Assembly (NCBI GenBank): GCA_036378335.1
Contig: DASUWP010000120.1
Span: 1,704-65,703, forward strand
DNA length: 64,000 bases
DNA from: Acidobacteriaceae bacterium
Lineage (GTDB): Bacteria; Acidobacteriota; Terriglobia; Terriglobales; Acidobacteriaceae
Direction of reading: 5' to 3'
Numbering within the stretch: position 1 is the first letter of the stretch; every line of letters starts with the position of its first letter. Shown here one piece after another: positions 18,819 to 31,291 of this stretch. A model generated the notes under the pieces. That model had not been told where the DNA came from and searched no databases. It worked only from the letters and a program-made list of their open reading frames with translations. The translations under genes were made by a program, and so were the position numbers.

Positions 18819-20876
18819 ATGCGCCCTTTCCTTGTCATGCTCGCAGTAGCCGTATGCCTGACCGTTTCCGCTTCATCGCATGCCCAAACCGCGGTGAGCG
18901 AGCAGACCCGCACTCAGTTACACGGGCTCGACCCCTCGCTGCGTGACACCTCCGTCGATCCCTGTGTCAATTTCTTTCAGTACGCATGCGGGACCTGGCT
19001 GAAGCGCTATCCCATCCCGCCGGATCGTTCCTCCTACGGCATCGATGTCCAACTCCATGACAACAACAACCTTCTCCTGAAGTCGATCCTCGAGCAGGCG
19101 AGCGATCCTGCTGCGCGGCGCGATGCCGATACGCAGAAGATCGGCGACTATTACGCCACTTGCATGAACACGCAGCTGATCGATAGGACGGGACTCAGCG
19201 AACTCCAACCGACGCTGAAGCGCATCGACGCTCTCTCCAGCACGAAAGACCTCGCCCCTTTGATCGCCGAGCTGCAACGGAATGGCGTCCAGACGCTCTT
19301 TCGTCTTGGCAGCGAAGAGGATTACAAAGACGCGCGCCATATGATCGCCACCGCCGGCCAGCCTCGCCTCGGGCTTCCGGAGAAGGGTTACTATCTGCGA
19401 ACGGATGCCAAGTCAGTTGCCCTGCGTAAGCAATACTTGGATCACATCACGCACATGCTGACGCTTGCCGGAGAGCCCCCAGATCAGGCCGCGGCCGATG
19501 CGAAGCGTGTTCTGGCGCTGGAGACGAAGCTGGCCACTGCATCCCTGAGCCGCGAAGAGATGCGCGATCCAGCGAAACTCTACCACCCGACCGAGCTCGT
19601 CAGCTTCCGCACGCAGCTTGGCGCCTTCGACGTCGATTCCTACCTTCACACTCTCGGCACGCCGGCTTTCACTTCGCTCAACGTAGCGACGCCCGGCTAC
19701 TTCGAATCGTTGAACAAAATTCTTCCGCAGACGGATCTCGCATCGCTCAAAGCTCTGCTGCGCTGGAATCTGCTACACAGCACGCCCGGCACCGCATTGC
19801 CCGCCACGCTCGACAACGAACAGTTTGCTTTCTACGGAAAGACGCTGCAGGGACAGCCGGAGCAGCAGGTGCGCTGGAAGCGCTGCGTCGAAGCCGTCGA
19901 CGGCGAGCTCGGAGAAGCTCTGGGCCGCGTCTTTGTGGCCCGCCAGTTCACCCCACAGGATAAGACCCGCACCACCGCGATCATGAGTGACATCGAAGCA
20001 GCGATGGGCCGCGATATTCAGCAGCTTGACTGGATGAGCGCTCCCACCAAAGCGAAAGCCGAAGACAAGCTGAAGGCTGTCACCAACAAAATCGGGTATC
20101 CGGACCGTTGGCGCGATTACTCCACCCTGACCATCACTCGGGGTGACGGCGTCGGCAATGCGCGACGAGCCGCAGCATTCGAGCACCATCGCGTGCTGGC
20201 CAGGATTGGCCGTCCCACGGACAAGCAGGAGTGGGATATGAGCCCGCCCACGGTCAACGCCTACTACGATCCACAGACCAACAGCGTGAACTTTCCAGCC
20301 GGTATCCTGCAGCCGCCGTACTACGATCCGCAGATGGGCGATGCTGTCAATTACGGGCAGGCCGGCGGCCTGGAAGGCCACGAGCTCACGCACGGCTTCG
20401 ATGACGAAGGACGCCAGTTCGACGGAGATGGAAACTTCAGCGAGTGGTGGACACCCACGGATGAAAAGCAATTCAAAGATCGCGCCGACTGTGTGGTGAA
20501 ACAGTATGACGGTTTCGTCGCCGTTGACGATCTGCACGTAAACGGCAAACTCACTCTGGGCGAAAATATCGCCGATATCGGGGGCGTGCGCATCGGCTAT
20601 TTAGCATGGCAGCATCGGCTCCAGCAGCCGGGCACGACGCCTGAAACTGATCTCGAGGGGATGACCCCGGCGCAGCAGTTCTTCACTGCCTACGCGCAGA
20701 GCTGGTGTTCGAGCACGCGGCCAGAGACGCTGCGTCTCCGGGTCGAAACCGACCCGCATTCACCCGAGGAGTACCGCGTCAACGGCGTCGTAGAAAACAT
20801 GCCCGAGTTCCAAAAGGCCTTCGGGTGCAAGGCCGGTCAGCCCATGGTCAGCGCGAACCGCTGCAGTATCTGGTAA
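18819..20876 (+). CDS. M13 family zinc metallopeptidase (PepO / endothelin-converting-enzyme-like), copy 1
   Basis: Signal peptide present. Motifs are HELTHGFDDEGRQFD, GENIADIGG and the C-terminal CSIW. Confidence 0.9.
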   Translation: MRPFLVMLAVAVCLTVSASSHAQTAVSEQTRTQLHGLDPSLRDTSVDPCVNFFQYACGTWLKRYPIPPDRSSYGIDVQLHDNNNLLLKSILEQASDPAARRDADTQKIGDYYATCMNTQLIDRTGLSELQPTLKRIDALSSTKDLAPLIAELQRNGVQTLFRLGSEEDYKDARHMIATAGQPRLGLPEKGYYLRTDAKSVALRKQYLDHITHMLTLAGEPPDQAAADAKRVLALETKLATASLSREEMRDPAKLYHPTELVSFRTQLGAFDVDSYLHTLGTPAFTSLNVATPGYFESLNKILPQTDLASLKALLRWNLLHSTPGTALPATLDNEQFAFYGKTLQGQPEQQVRWKRCVEAVDGELGEALGRVFVARQFTPQDKTRTTAIMSDIEAAMGRDIQQLDWMSAPTKAKAEDKLKAVTNKIGYPDRWRDYSTLTITRGDGVGNARRAAAFEHHRVLARIGRPTDKQEWDMSPPTVNAYYDPQTNSVNFPAGILQPPYYDPQMGDAVNYGQAGGLEGHELTHGFDDEGRQFDGDGNFSEWWTPTDEKQFKDRADCVVKQYDGFVAVDDLHVNGKLTLGENIADIGGVRIGYLAWQHRLQQPGTTPETDLEGMTPAQQFFTAYAQSWCSSTRPETLRLRVETDPHSPEEYRVNGVVENMPEFQKAFGCKAGQPMVSANRCSIW

Positions 20877-20901
20877 TCATTTCGTTTGGAGAGCCACTCT
20901 G

Positions 20902-22959
20902 ATGTCATCGTTGATTTCACGCACGCTTCTCAGCTCGCTGGCCGGCGCGCTTCTCCTGCCTCACGTGGCAATTGCGCAGGCGCCCGCCCCTGTGCAAACT
21001 ATCCCGGGCTTCGATAAGAGCGCCATGGACACTACTGCCGATCCGTGCGCGGACTTTTATCAGTACGCCTGTGGCAATTACAGCAAGCTGCATCCGATAC
21101 CCGCTGACCTGCCGTCGTTCGATCAATTCAGCAACCTGTACGAGTTCAACCTGCAGGCGCTGCACGGAATTCTGGAGAAGGCCTCCACAGCACACGCCGC
21201 CGCCGGAAGCGACGAGCAGAAGATCGGGGACTACTACGCAAGCTGCATGGATACCGCGGCGATCGACAAAGCTGGACTGGCGCCCATTCAGCCTGAATTG
21301 GATCGCATCGCTCGAATCAAATCGCGCGACGAGCTGATACCGGAGATCGCGCACCTGCAGCGCATCAGCGTGGAAGCATTCTTCGGGCTGGGCGCCGACC
21401 AGGACTACAAAAATGCGAGCCGTGAGATCGCTGTCATGGACCAGGGCGGCCTCGGGCTGCCGGAGAAGGACTACTACCTACGCACCGGCGCTAAGGATGA
21501 GGAGTTGCGCAGCCAGTATGTGCAGCACATCGCAAATATGCTGAAGCTGCTCGGCGAATCGCCGGACGCGGCCGGCAATGGTGCCGCCGCAATCATGGCC
21601 TTTGAAACCGCGCTGGCCAAGGTCTCCCTTGGGAACGTCGAGCGCCGCGAACCGACCAATATCTACCACATGCAGCCAATCGCGAAGTTTGCCACGGATG
21701 CGCCCAACCTGCATGTGGCCGAGTTTCTGAAGGAAGCCGGCACGCCGCCTGTCACCGAGCTCAACGTCGCCACGCCGGACTTCTTCGCCGGGCTCAATCA
21801 GCTCATGGCCTCTACGAGTCTGGACACGCTCAAGGACTACATGCGCGTGTTCCTGGTAGATAGCTTCTCCAGCCGTCTGCCCAAGCCCTTCGATGACGAA
21901 CATTTCGATTTCTTTGGACGCAAGCTCGAAGGCATTCCGGAACAGCAGGCGCGATGGAAGCGCTGCGTGGATGCGACCGATTCTGGTCTGGGCGAAGTCC
22001 TGGGCAAGGTATACGTTGCACAGTATTTCGGAGGAGACAGCAAGGCAAGAACGCTGCAGGAAGTGAAGCAAATTGAAGCGGCAATGGACCGCGACCTCGA
22101 TCAACTGGACTGGATGAGCTCGGCCACGAAGGCGAAAGCACATGAGAAGCTGGCCGCCGTCGTCGACAAGATTGGCTATCCCAATAAATGGCGCGATTAC
22201 TCCGCGCTCACCATCACACCCGGCGACAGTCTGGAAAACTCCATACGCGCGCGCGAATTCGAAAGCGACTACCAGCTCCACAAGATCGGCCGTCCGGTGG
22301 ACAAGGGCGAATGGGGCATGACGCCCTCCACTGTGAATGCCTACTATCTGTCAACGATGAACACTATCAACTTTCCCGCCGGGATTCTGCAGCCCGCCTT
22401 CTATGACCGGACTGCCTCCAATGGGACAAACTACGGCCACATCGGCGCCATCGTGGGGCACGAGTTGACCCATGGCTTCGACGATGAGGGCCGCAAGTTC
22501 GACGCGCAGGGGAACCTCAAGGACTGGTGGACCACCGAGGATGCTAAGCAATTCGAGCAGCGGACCGATTGCATCGTGAACGAGTACAACGGATTTGTAG
22601 CCGTGGATGACCTGCACGTGAACGGCAAGCTCACGCTGGGCGAAAACACCGCGGATAACGGCGGCCTGCGGCTTGCCTGGATGGCCCTGCTAGCCGATGC
22701 GGCAGACAACCACACACCGCTCGACCAGAAAACCGCAACCGGCTATACGCCGAAGCAGGAACTCTTGCTTGGCTGGGCGCAGAACTGGTGTTCTACCGAG
22801 CGGCCGGAGCTGCTGCGCATGGCAGTCCGCGTCGATCCGCACTCGCCCGACCGCATTCGCGCCAACGGTGTTGTGGTGAACATGCCGGAGTTCCGCCAGT
22901 CCTTCAACTGCAAGGCGGGGCAGCCCATGGCGCCGGAGAAGATGTGCCGCGTCTGGTGA
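20902..22959 (+). CDS. M13 family zinc metallopeptidase, copy 2 (tandem paralogue)
   Basis: Signal peptide present. Motifs are HELTHGFDDEGRKFD, GENTADNGG and the C-terminal CRVW. Same length (685 aa) as copy 1 and collinear with it. Confidence 0.9.
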   Translation: MSSLISRTLLSSLAGALLLPHVAIAQAPAPVQTIPGFDKSAMDTTADPCADFYQYACGNYSKLHPIPADLPSFDQFSNLYEFNLQALHGILEKASTAHAAAGSDEQKIGDYYASCMDTAAIDKAGLAPIQPELDRIARIKSRDELIPEIAHLQRISVEAFFGLGADQDYKNASREIAVMDQGGLGLPEKDYYLRTGAKDEELRSQYVQHIANMLKLLGESPDAAGNGAAAIMAFETALAKVSLGNVERREPTNIYHMQPIAKFATDAPNLHVAEFLKEAGTPPVTELNVATPDFFAGLNQLMASTSLDTLKDYMRVFLVDSFSSRLPKPFDDEHFDFFGRKLEGIPEQQARWKRCVDATDSGLGEVLGKVYVAQYFGGDSKARTLQEVKQIEAAMDRDLDQLDWMSSATKAKAHEKLAAVVDKIGYPNKWRDYSALTITPGDSLENSIRAREFESDYQLHKIGRPVDKGEWGMTPSTVNAYYLSTMNTINFPAGILQPAFYDRTASNGTNYGHIGAIVGHELTHGFDDEGRKFDAQGNLKDWWTTEDAKQFEQRTDCIVNEYNGFVAVDDLHVNGKLTLGENTADNGGLRLAWMALLADAADNHTPLDQKTATGYTPKQELLLGWAQNWCSTERPELLRMAVRVDPHSPDRIRANGVVVNMPEFRQSFNCKAGQPMAPEKMCRVW

Positions 22960-23015
22960 GGTTCGGATGATCGCCGGAGTCCTGCGGCTCGATCCTCTGC
23001 GGCGGCCAGAACACC

Positions 23016-23939
23016 ATGCTTGAAAATTACCGGCTGACCGTCTTTCGCGCCGTCGCCGCGCAGCGCAGCTTTCGCCGCGCAGCGGAGCAGCTCTACCTCA
23101 CGCAGCCTGCGGTGACGCAGCAGATCAAAGCGCTGGAAGAACTAGCAGGGCTGCCGCTGTTCGACCGCAGCGGCCGGGAGGTCACGCTCACCGCGGCCGG
23201 AACGGTGCTGCTGCAATATGCCGAGCGATCCGGCGAGTTGCTGGAAGAAGCTGCCGTCGCACTGGCATCGCTCAAAGGCCAGGTCTCCGGCACGCTGCGC
23301 ATCGCGGCGTCGACGACCATCGCGCAATACATCCTGCCGCCGCTTCTGGGCGCATTCCTGCGCCTGCATCCAGCCGTTCATGTAGATCTCGACAGCAGCA
23401 ACACCGAGTCGGTGGCAGAGGCAATCGCAGCAGGTCGCGCCGGTCTGGGGTTGGTCGAAGGGCCGCCGCACACAAGCCAGGTACGCTCGGAAATCTGGCT
23501 GGAAGATGAGCTTGTCCTGCTGGTGCCTCCCAGCCACGAGTGGGCCGGACAGCGCTCCATCACATTGCAGCAAATTGCCGCAGCGCCTTTGCTGATGCGC
23601 GAACGCGGCTCCGGCACGCGGGAGGTGATCGAGACCACGCTCGAAGCCTCCGGCCTGCCTGCGCGCGATCTGCGCATTGCAGTCGAACTCAACTCCACGG
23701 AAGCAATCCTGGGCTGCATTGAGTCCGGGGTCGGGCTTGGTTTCGTCTCGCGCACTGCCATCCATCGCCAGCTCGCGATGAACACGCTCGTCATCGTTCC
23801 CGTGGCAGGCCTCACCATCCCGCGTGATCTTCTACTGCTGACACCCGCAGGTCCGGAGCCTACGGGCGCCGCGGCTGCGATGCTGGAGTTGCTCCGGCAG
23901 CATCGCACGCAATTGCGCCGAGCCCCATCACGCCGATAA
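23016..23939 (+). CDS. LysR-family transcriptional regulator
   Basis: The N-terminal wHTH reads FRAVAAQRSFRRAAEQLYLTQPAVTQQIKALEE. This is followed by a LysR substrate-binding domain. Confidence 0.9.
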   Translation: MLENYRLTVFRAVAAQRSFRRAAEQLYLTQPAVTQQIKALEELAGLPLFDRSGREVTLTAAGTVLLQYAERSGELLEEAAVALASLKGQVSGTLRIAASTTIAQYILPPLLGAFLRLHPAVHVDLDSSNTESVAEAIAAGRAGLGLVEGPPHTSQVRSEIWLEDELVLLVPPSHEWAGQRSITLQQIAAAPLLMRERGSGTREVIETTLEASGLPARDLRIAVELNSTEAILGCIESGVGLGFVSRTAIHRQLAMNTLVIVPVAGLTIPRDLLLLTPAGPEPTGAAAAMLELLRQHRTQLRRAPSRR

Positions 23940-23969
23940 GCCCTGCCTATCGGGCATCACAATTTCTGC

Positions 23970-24941
<972 letters not shown>

Positions 24942-25043
24942 CACCTGGCCGCGACCTCCCGCCCGGCCGTGCCCTGCAAGCTCTGCGGCCAGCGGTGACC
25001 CCCTCCAGCATGGCCCTCCAGCATTGGCCTATAGATTAGTGCT

Positions 25044-25994
25044 ATGCCCACCACTGTTGAGCGCCCGCACACCGCCACCTACTGGCTCGGCTATGGCGCG
25101 TGTGCATTGGCAGGATGCTTCTGGGGAACGGGATTTTACTTCGGCAAAATCGTACTGACCCACATGGGTGTGGGACACATGGTGCTCTACCGATTTTTCT
25201 TTGCGTGCATCGGGCTATTGCCGTTCGCGCTTCGCCATCGTCCCCAACTCAACGCGCGCGAGTGGCGGCTCTTGCTCATCGCATCATTTCTCGGCATACC
25301 CGTGCAATACCTTGTGCAGTTCTATGGCCTCTCGCTCACCACGGTTTCCCATGCATCCCTGATGGTCGGCAGCATGCCGGTGCTGCTGGGCGCCGCCGCC
25401 ACGCTCTTCGCAGGCGAGCGGCTGGACCGCATCGGCTGGGCGGCGCTAGTGAGCTCGACGATCGGCGTCGCGCTGATTGTCCTGGGCGGCCGCCACTCGT
25501 CGGGAAACAAGGGTCCATCACTGGCCGGCGATCTGCTCGTGCTGGCCGCGCTGCTGGTCTCGCTGTTCTGGATCCTGATGAACAAGCGGCTTATGGAGCG
25601 CCATCCGCCGGCCGTGATCACGGTGTACGGCATCTACTCCGGCGCTATCATGATTGCCGTCTGGGTTGTGCTGCAGGACGGGCCGCCCCCGATTCACGAC
25701 GTGCCACTCGCAGCGTGGCTGGCTTCAGCCGCCAGCGGCCTCTTCTGCACTGCCGGCTCTACCCTGCTGTGGAACTGGGGCATCCATCACGTCCCAGCCT
25801 CACGCGCGGCCGTCTTTCTCAATATCGAGCCGATGCTCGGCTCATTCCTTGGCGTCGAACTGCTGGGCGATCGTCTCGGTCCGCTGGCGTGGATCGGCGG
25901 TGTCCTGATCCTTGCTGCAGCCATCACGCTCACCACGCGACCACACGAAACGAACTCTTCGGACGAATGGAACAGATCGCCGCATCCATCTTAG
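25044..25994 (+). CDS. EamA/DMT-superfamily transporter
   Basis: About ten TM helices arranged as two EamA-like repeats. Confidence 0.8.
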   Translation: MPTTVERPHTATYWLGYGACALAGCFWGTGFYFGKIVLTHMGVGHMVLYRFFFACIGLLPFALRHRPQLNAREWRLLLIASFLGIPVQYLVQFYGLSLTTVSHASLMVGSMPVLLGAAATLFAGERLDRIGWAALVSSTIGVALIVLGGRHSSGNKGPSLAGDLLVLAALLVSLFWILMNKRLMERHPPAVITVYGIYSGAIMIAVWVVLQDGPPPIHDVPLAAWLASAASGLFCTAGSTLLWNWGIHHVPASRAAVFLNIEPMLGSFLGVELLGDRLGPLAWIGGVLILAAAITLTTRPHETNSSDEWNRSPHPS

Positions 25995-26461
25995 TTTCTG
26001 CTACTTAGGGCACTTCGAACAAAGCCGAAATCCACAGGCTCAGGTTACTACCGAAACGGGAATCAGCTTGGTATTCTAGGCGAACAAACGGCGAAATAAG
26101 AGGTGCCCCATGGTCTTCTCCCACTCCCCCGCCTTCCACAGAATCCGCGAGCTCGTGCGGCTGATTCGTAACCATCCTGATCTCCCGGAAACCCCCCGGA
26201 ATGCCGTGCGCCGTGTTCCGAAGCTGCCCGACATGCACCTGCCGGATCCTGAACGGTTCGAGGACTCCTCAACTGGCGATAACCATGACTCGGGCCGCCG
26301 GAACCATAAAGCACATCGAATGCGCGCCAACTCTGCTGGCCACTCTGGGTGGTAAACGGAGGCTCAGTTCCCCCGCTTCGTGGCTCGGCTTCGGTGTGAA
26401 TTCCAGGCACCCGGAGCCGGGCATATTTTTCACTCGCAGCCTCGGATTTGCAACTGCAGCA

Positions 26462-27187
26462 TTATGTCTGCCAGCGCAAACGCTCGACATCCGGACGCTG
26501 TCGCAACGACTCGATCAGAGCAGGCTCTTCCTGCTCCCGCTGCTGCGCTTGCCAGCGCAGCTCGCACTGGACGACAACACGGGCCCGCTGGCGCGAAACA
26601 TCCACCGACCACGCGTGGACGCTCATCCCGCTCTGTTTCACGATGCCCTGGAGTTCCCGCGACAGCTCTTCACCAGCGGTGACGATGCACAGCGATCCCC
26701 GATGCTCCTGCGACAAGTGCTGCTCCACGATCTTGAGTCCCCAGAGCGTGAACAGAGTTAGCACCAGTCCAGCGCTTCCCAGCAGGATCTTTCCGGCGCC
26801 AAAGCAAATGCCCAGCATCGTGACCACCCATAGCGTCGCCGCCGTAGTGAGGCCAATCACCATCTCGCCTTTGCGCAGAATGGCTCCCGCGCCGATGAAT
26901 CCCATGCCGGAGAGAATGCCGAGCGGTAGGCGCATCATGTCAAGCTGCACAAAGGAGCTGCTGTTCTTTCCCGACGTTCCCAGCAACCCGTTGGCGAGAA
27001 TCATGGAGAGCGAAGCGGCCAGGCAAACCAGCACGTTCGTCCGTATTCCCGCGGCCTTTCCTCGTTCGTCGCGGTCAACGCCAACAAGAACGCCCGCAAT
27101 TAACGTGAGGGCCAAGCGTACTGCGATGTCGCTCCAACTGAGGGTGAATGGCATAGGCGCATCTCCGTCGTTCAACCGATCAGACAA
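26462..27187 (-). CDS. mgtC: MgtC/SapB family membrane protein
   Basis: IAVRLALTLIAGVLVGVDRDERGKAAGIRTNVLVCLAASL is the MgtC signature. A soluble C-terminal domain follows. Confidence 0.8.
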   Translation of the reverse strand: MSDRLNDGDAPMPFTLSWSDIAVRLALTLIAGVLVGVDRDERGKAAGIRTNVLVCLAASLSMILANGLLGTSGKNSSSFVQLDMMRLPLGILSGMGFIGAGAILRKGEMVIGLTTAATLWVVTMLGICFGAGKILLGSAGLVLTLFTLWGLKIVEQHLSQEHRGSLCIVTAGEELSRELQGIVKQSGMSVHAWSVDVSRQRARVVVQCELRWQAQQREQEEPALIESLRQRPDVERLRWQT

Positions 27188-27271
27188 TCAATCGTTCAAC
27201 GCGGAGATGTTCGGCTTGACGCGTATGTTGCCTGTCCGAGCGCAGCCAATCCGTAGTGGCCGGGAAACCGA

Positions 27272-28444
27272 CTACAGCTCCATCGCGTACTGCGCGCTCA
27301 GCAGCGCGAGCGAAGGCTGAACCAGCTCTTCGCTGGCCAGGGACAGCACCAGCCGTTCCAGCACCAGCCGTTTGTCCGGCGGCGACGACCGCAGCTCCAG
27401 ATCCGCGCGAGAGATGAGCCGCAGTGCGCGCGTCAGCTCGCGGCGGCTTTTGTAACGGCGCGCCTGCCGGATCAGATCGTCTGCGGCGAACGGCGGCATA
27501 CGGAAGCCCTGCCACAGCGCCTGCCAGATGGCGCGCGAATCGCGCACGTTCTTCTCCAGGATCACCAGCATCTGCCGGAAGGTGCGGGCCAGCATGTAGA
27601 GATGGCCGATGGCCGACTCCTCGCCGCCATCAGAGGCATTGAGCAATCCTTGCAACAAGGCGAGCGCACGTGGACGGTCCTTGGCTGAGATCGCATCGGT
27701 GAGCTCATAGAGCGAGCGCTGCTTCGCTCCGAGCACCATGGTCTCCACATCGCCCAGCGTGATGCGCCGCCGTTCCCCTGTATATAGCAGCAGCTTCTCC
27801 AGTTCGCTCGCCATGAGCATGAGGTCCGAGCCGAGCGCGTCGGCCAGCTCGCGGGCGGCATCGGCTTCGAGCGTGCTCCCACGCTTCTCTGCCTCGATGA
27901 CCACCCAGCGCATCGCGTCACTCTCTTCCACGCGCACCAGTTCCACCATCCCGCACCAGTCGCCCAGCGTCTCGCGAATACGCTCATAGCGATCCCTATC
28001 CTGCATCTCCATGCGGCGCAGATCGGAGGGCAGATGCAGATGATCGGCGATAAAGATCAACAATGCTTGCGGATTCGGCGACCGGCCGTATGCATCGAGC
28101 GCAGCAAATTCATCTTTCTTCGCGCCGCGCGTGTAGAGCGTTTTCATATTGCGCAGAAAAAGCACCTGAAAGGGCGCCATCAGCGACGGCGTCTGAGCGC
28201 GGTCGAGCGCCTCGAAGATGCTCGTCTCGGCGAGATCGATCTCTCCCAGCGCGAAATCGCGCATGGCGGGCCCAGATCCTGCGTCGATGAGCGTATCGAG
28301 GATGGCGCGGCGGCAGCGCTCGTAGAGATAGGCTTCATCCCCGAGCAGCACATAGGCGGGGCGCAGCGTACCGCCTGTCCGCGAGGCCTCAATCTCCGCG
28401 ATGAAGCGATCCGAGGAGGCGAAGCTGCGCAGACCGCTAGCCAT
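27272..28444 (-). CDS. holA: DNA polymerase III delta subunit
   Basis: The pattern PAYVLLGDEAYLYERC...LFLRNMK is typical of HolA, and the size fits. It is positioned after lptE, as in the conserved lptE-holA arrangement. Confidence 0.75.
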   Translation of the reverse strand: MASGLRSFASSDRFIAEIEASRTGGTLRPAYVLLGDEAYLYERCRRAILDTLIDAGSGPAMRDFALGEIDLAETSIFEALDRAQTPSLMAPFQVLFLRNMKTLYTRGAKKDEFAALDAYGRSPNPQALLIFIADHLHLPSDLRRMEMQDRDRYERIRETLGDWCGMVELVRVEESDAMRWVVIEAEKRGSTLEADAARELADALGSDLMLMASELEKLLLYTGERRRITLGDVETMVLGAKQRSLYELTDAISAKDRPRALALLQGLLNASDGGEESAIGHLYMLARTFRQMLVILEKNVRDSRAIWQALWQGFRMPPFAADDLIRQARRYKSRRELTRALRLISRADLELRSSPPDKRLVLERLVLSLASEELVQPSLALLSAQYAMEL

Positions 28445-28480
28445 GCGCGGCCTCCCGGTCCCGGAGATGTCCCATGGGTC

Positions 28481-29008
28481 TCAGAAGGACTCCAGCATAT
28501 CGCTCACCAGCGACTGGGCAAAGTCTCTGGAGAGGCGCGCCATCGCCGGGGAATCTTCCTGCACAAACGTGCCCAGGTCCGAAGTCGCTTCGTACTGCTG
28601 ATGGAAGGTGTATCCGTCGTGACGATAGACCACGCGGCCATCCCGATCTGTCAGCGAGACGCTCGCAGTCAGAGTGATCATGTAGCTCGAGGATTGCCCC
28701 GTGGTGACGTTGTATGTGTAAGGCACAATCGACTCACTGAGGACTGTACCCTTCAGCACCGCGTCCGCATCGTCGGCGTCCTCACTTGGCAGCACATGGA
28801 ATTTGGTGCGCGTGTTCAGCTCATGCACCGTCGCTTCGGTCAACGCGACCTCTGTATGCGAAAACTGCGTTCGATTTTCGAAAAACGGCACCGCGATCGA
28901 GTGCACGTCCGCAGGAATATGCGCTGCGGAACCCATGGTGTGATAGCCACATCCCGTCGCAAGCAACAAGAGCGGTGACGCGGCTATCGACCGGAGAGCC
29001 AGATGCAT
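28481..29008 (-). CDS. lptE: LPS-assembly lipoprotein LptE-like
   Basis: Lipobox LLLATGC followed by GYH. The size fits, and it sits upstream of holA. Confidence 0.6.
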   Translation of the reverse strand: MHLALRSIAASPLLLLATGCGYHTMGSAAHIPADVHSIAVPFFENRTQFSHTEVALTEATVHELNTRTKFHVLPSEDADDADAVLKGTVLSESIVPYTYNVTTGQSSSYMITLTASVSLTDRDGRVVYRHDGYTFHQQYEATSDLGTFVQEDSPAMARLSRDFAQSLVSDMLESF

Positions 29009-29040
29009 ACTGCGCTTATTCTCGCAGAAGCATCGGCGTG

Positions 29041-29075
29041 CAAAAGAAGACGGCCACTCTGAAAGAGCGGCCGTC
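29041..29075 (-). terminator. Rho-independent terminator after ftsH
   Basis: On the minus strand, GACGGCCGCTCT-TTC-AGAGTGGCCGTC (12-bp stem with one mismatch) is followed by TTCTTTTG. Confidence 0.65.
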
Positions 29076-29097
29076 CGGTTGCTTTGCTGAAGAAGGA

Positions 29098-31014
<1,917 letters not shown>

Positions 31015-31291
31015 GAAAAAACCCTCGTTTCTCTCACGTCACGGAAGCCGCACCCCCTGAAGGATGCGCGGATCGTCGGACTTTTCCGCCCGCGAAGCAA
31101 CCCGATGCGTTTCCCTTAGGGATTAGACGTGCAAGGCCGGTCTTCGGTGCAACTTCCGGCTCACACCGGTTTCGCCGCACACAGACCTCACCGCCGGTCG
31201 TTACGCTTCGATGACCGTACCCTGGATTCTACTCCGAGGCCCGCAGCCGTCCGCAAGAAAATGCCCTACGGAACGGACTGAAATCTATTAC

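Noticed and set aside
26250-26275. A GGTTCGAG string resembling a tRNA T-loop
   Set aside because: The flanking bases do not form a T-stem and there is no acceptor or anticodon arm. No tRNA can be folded.
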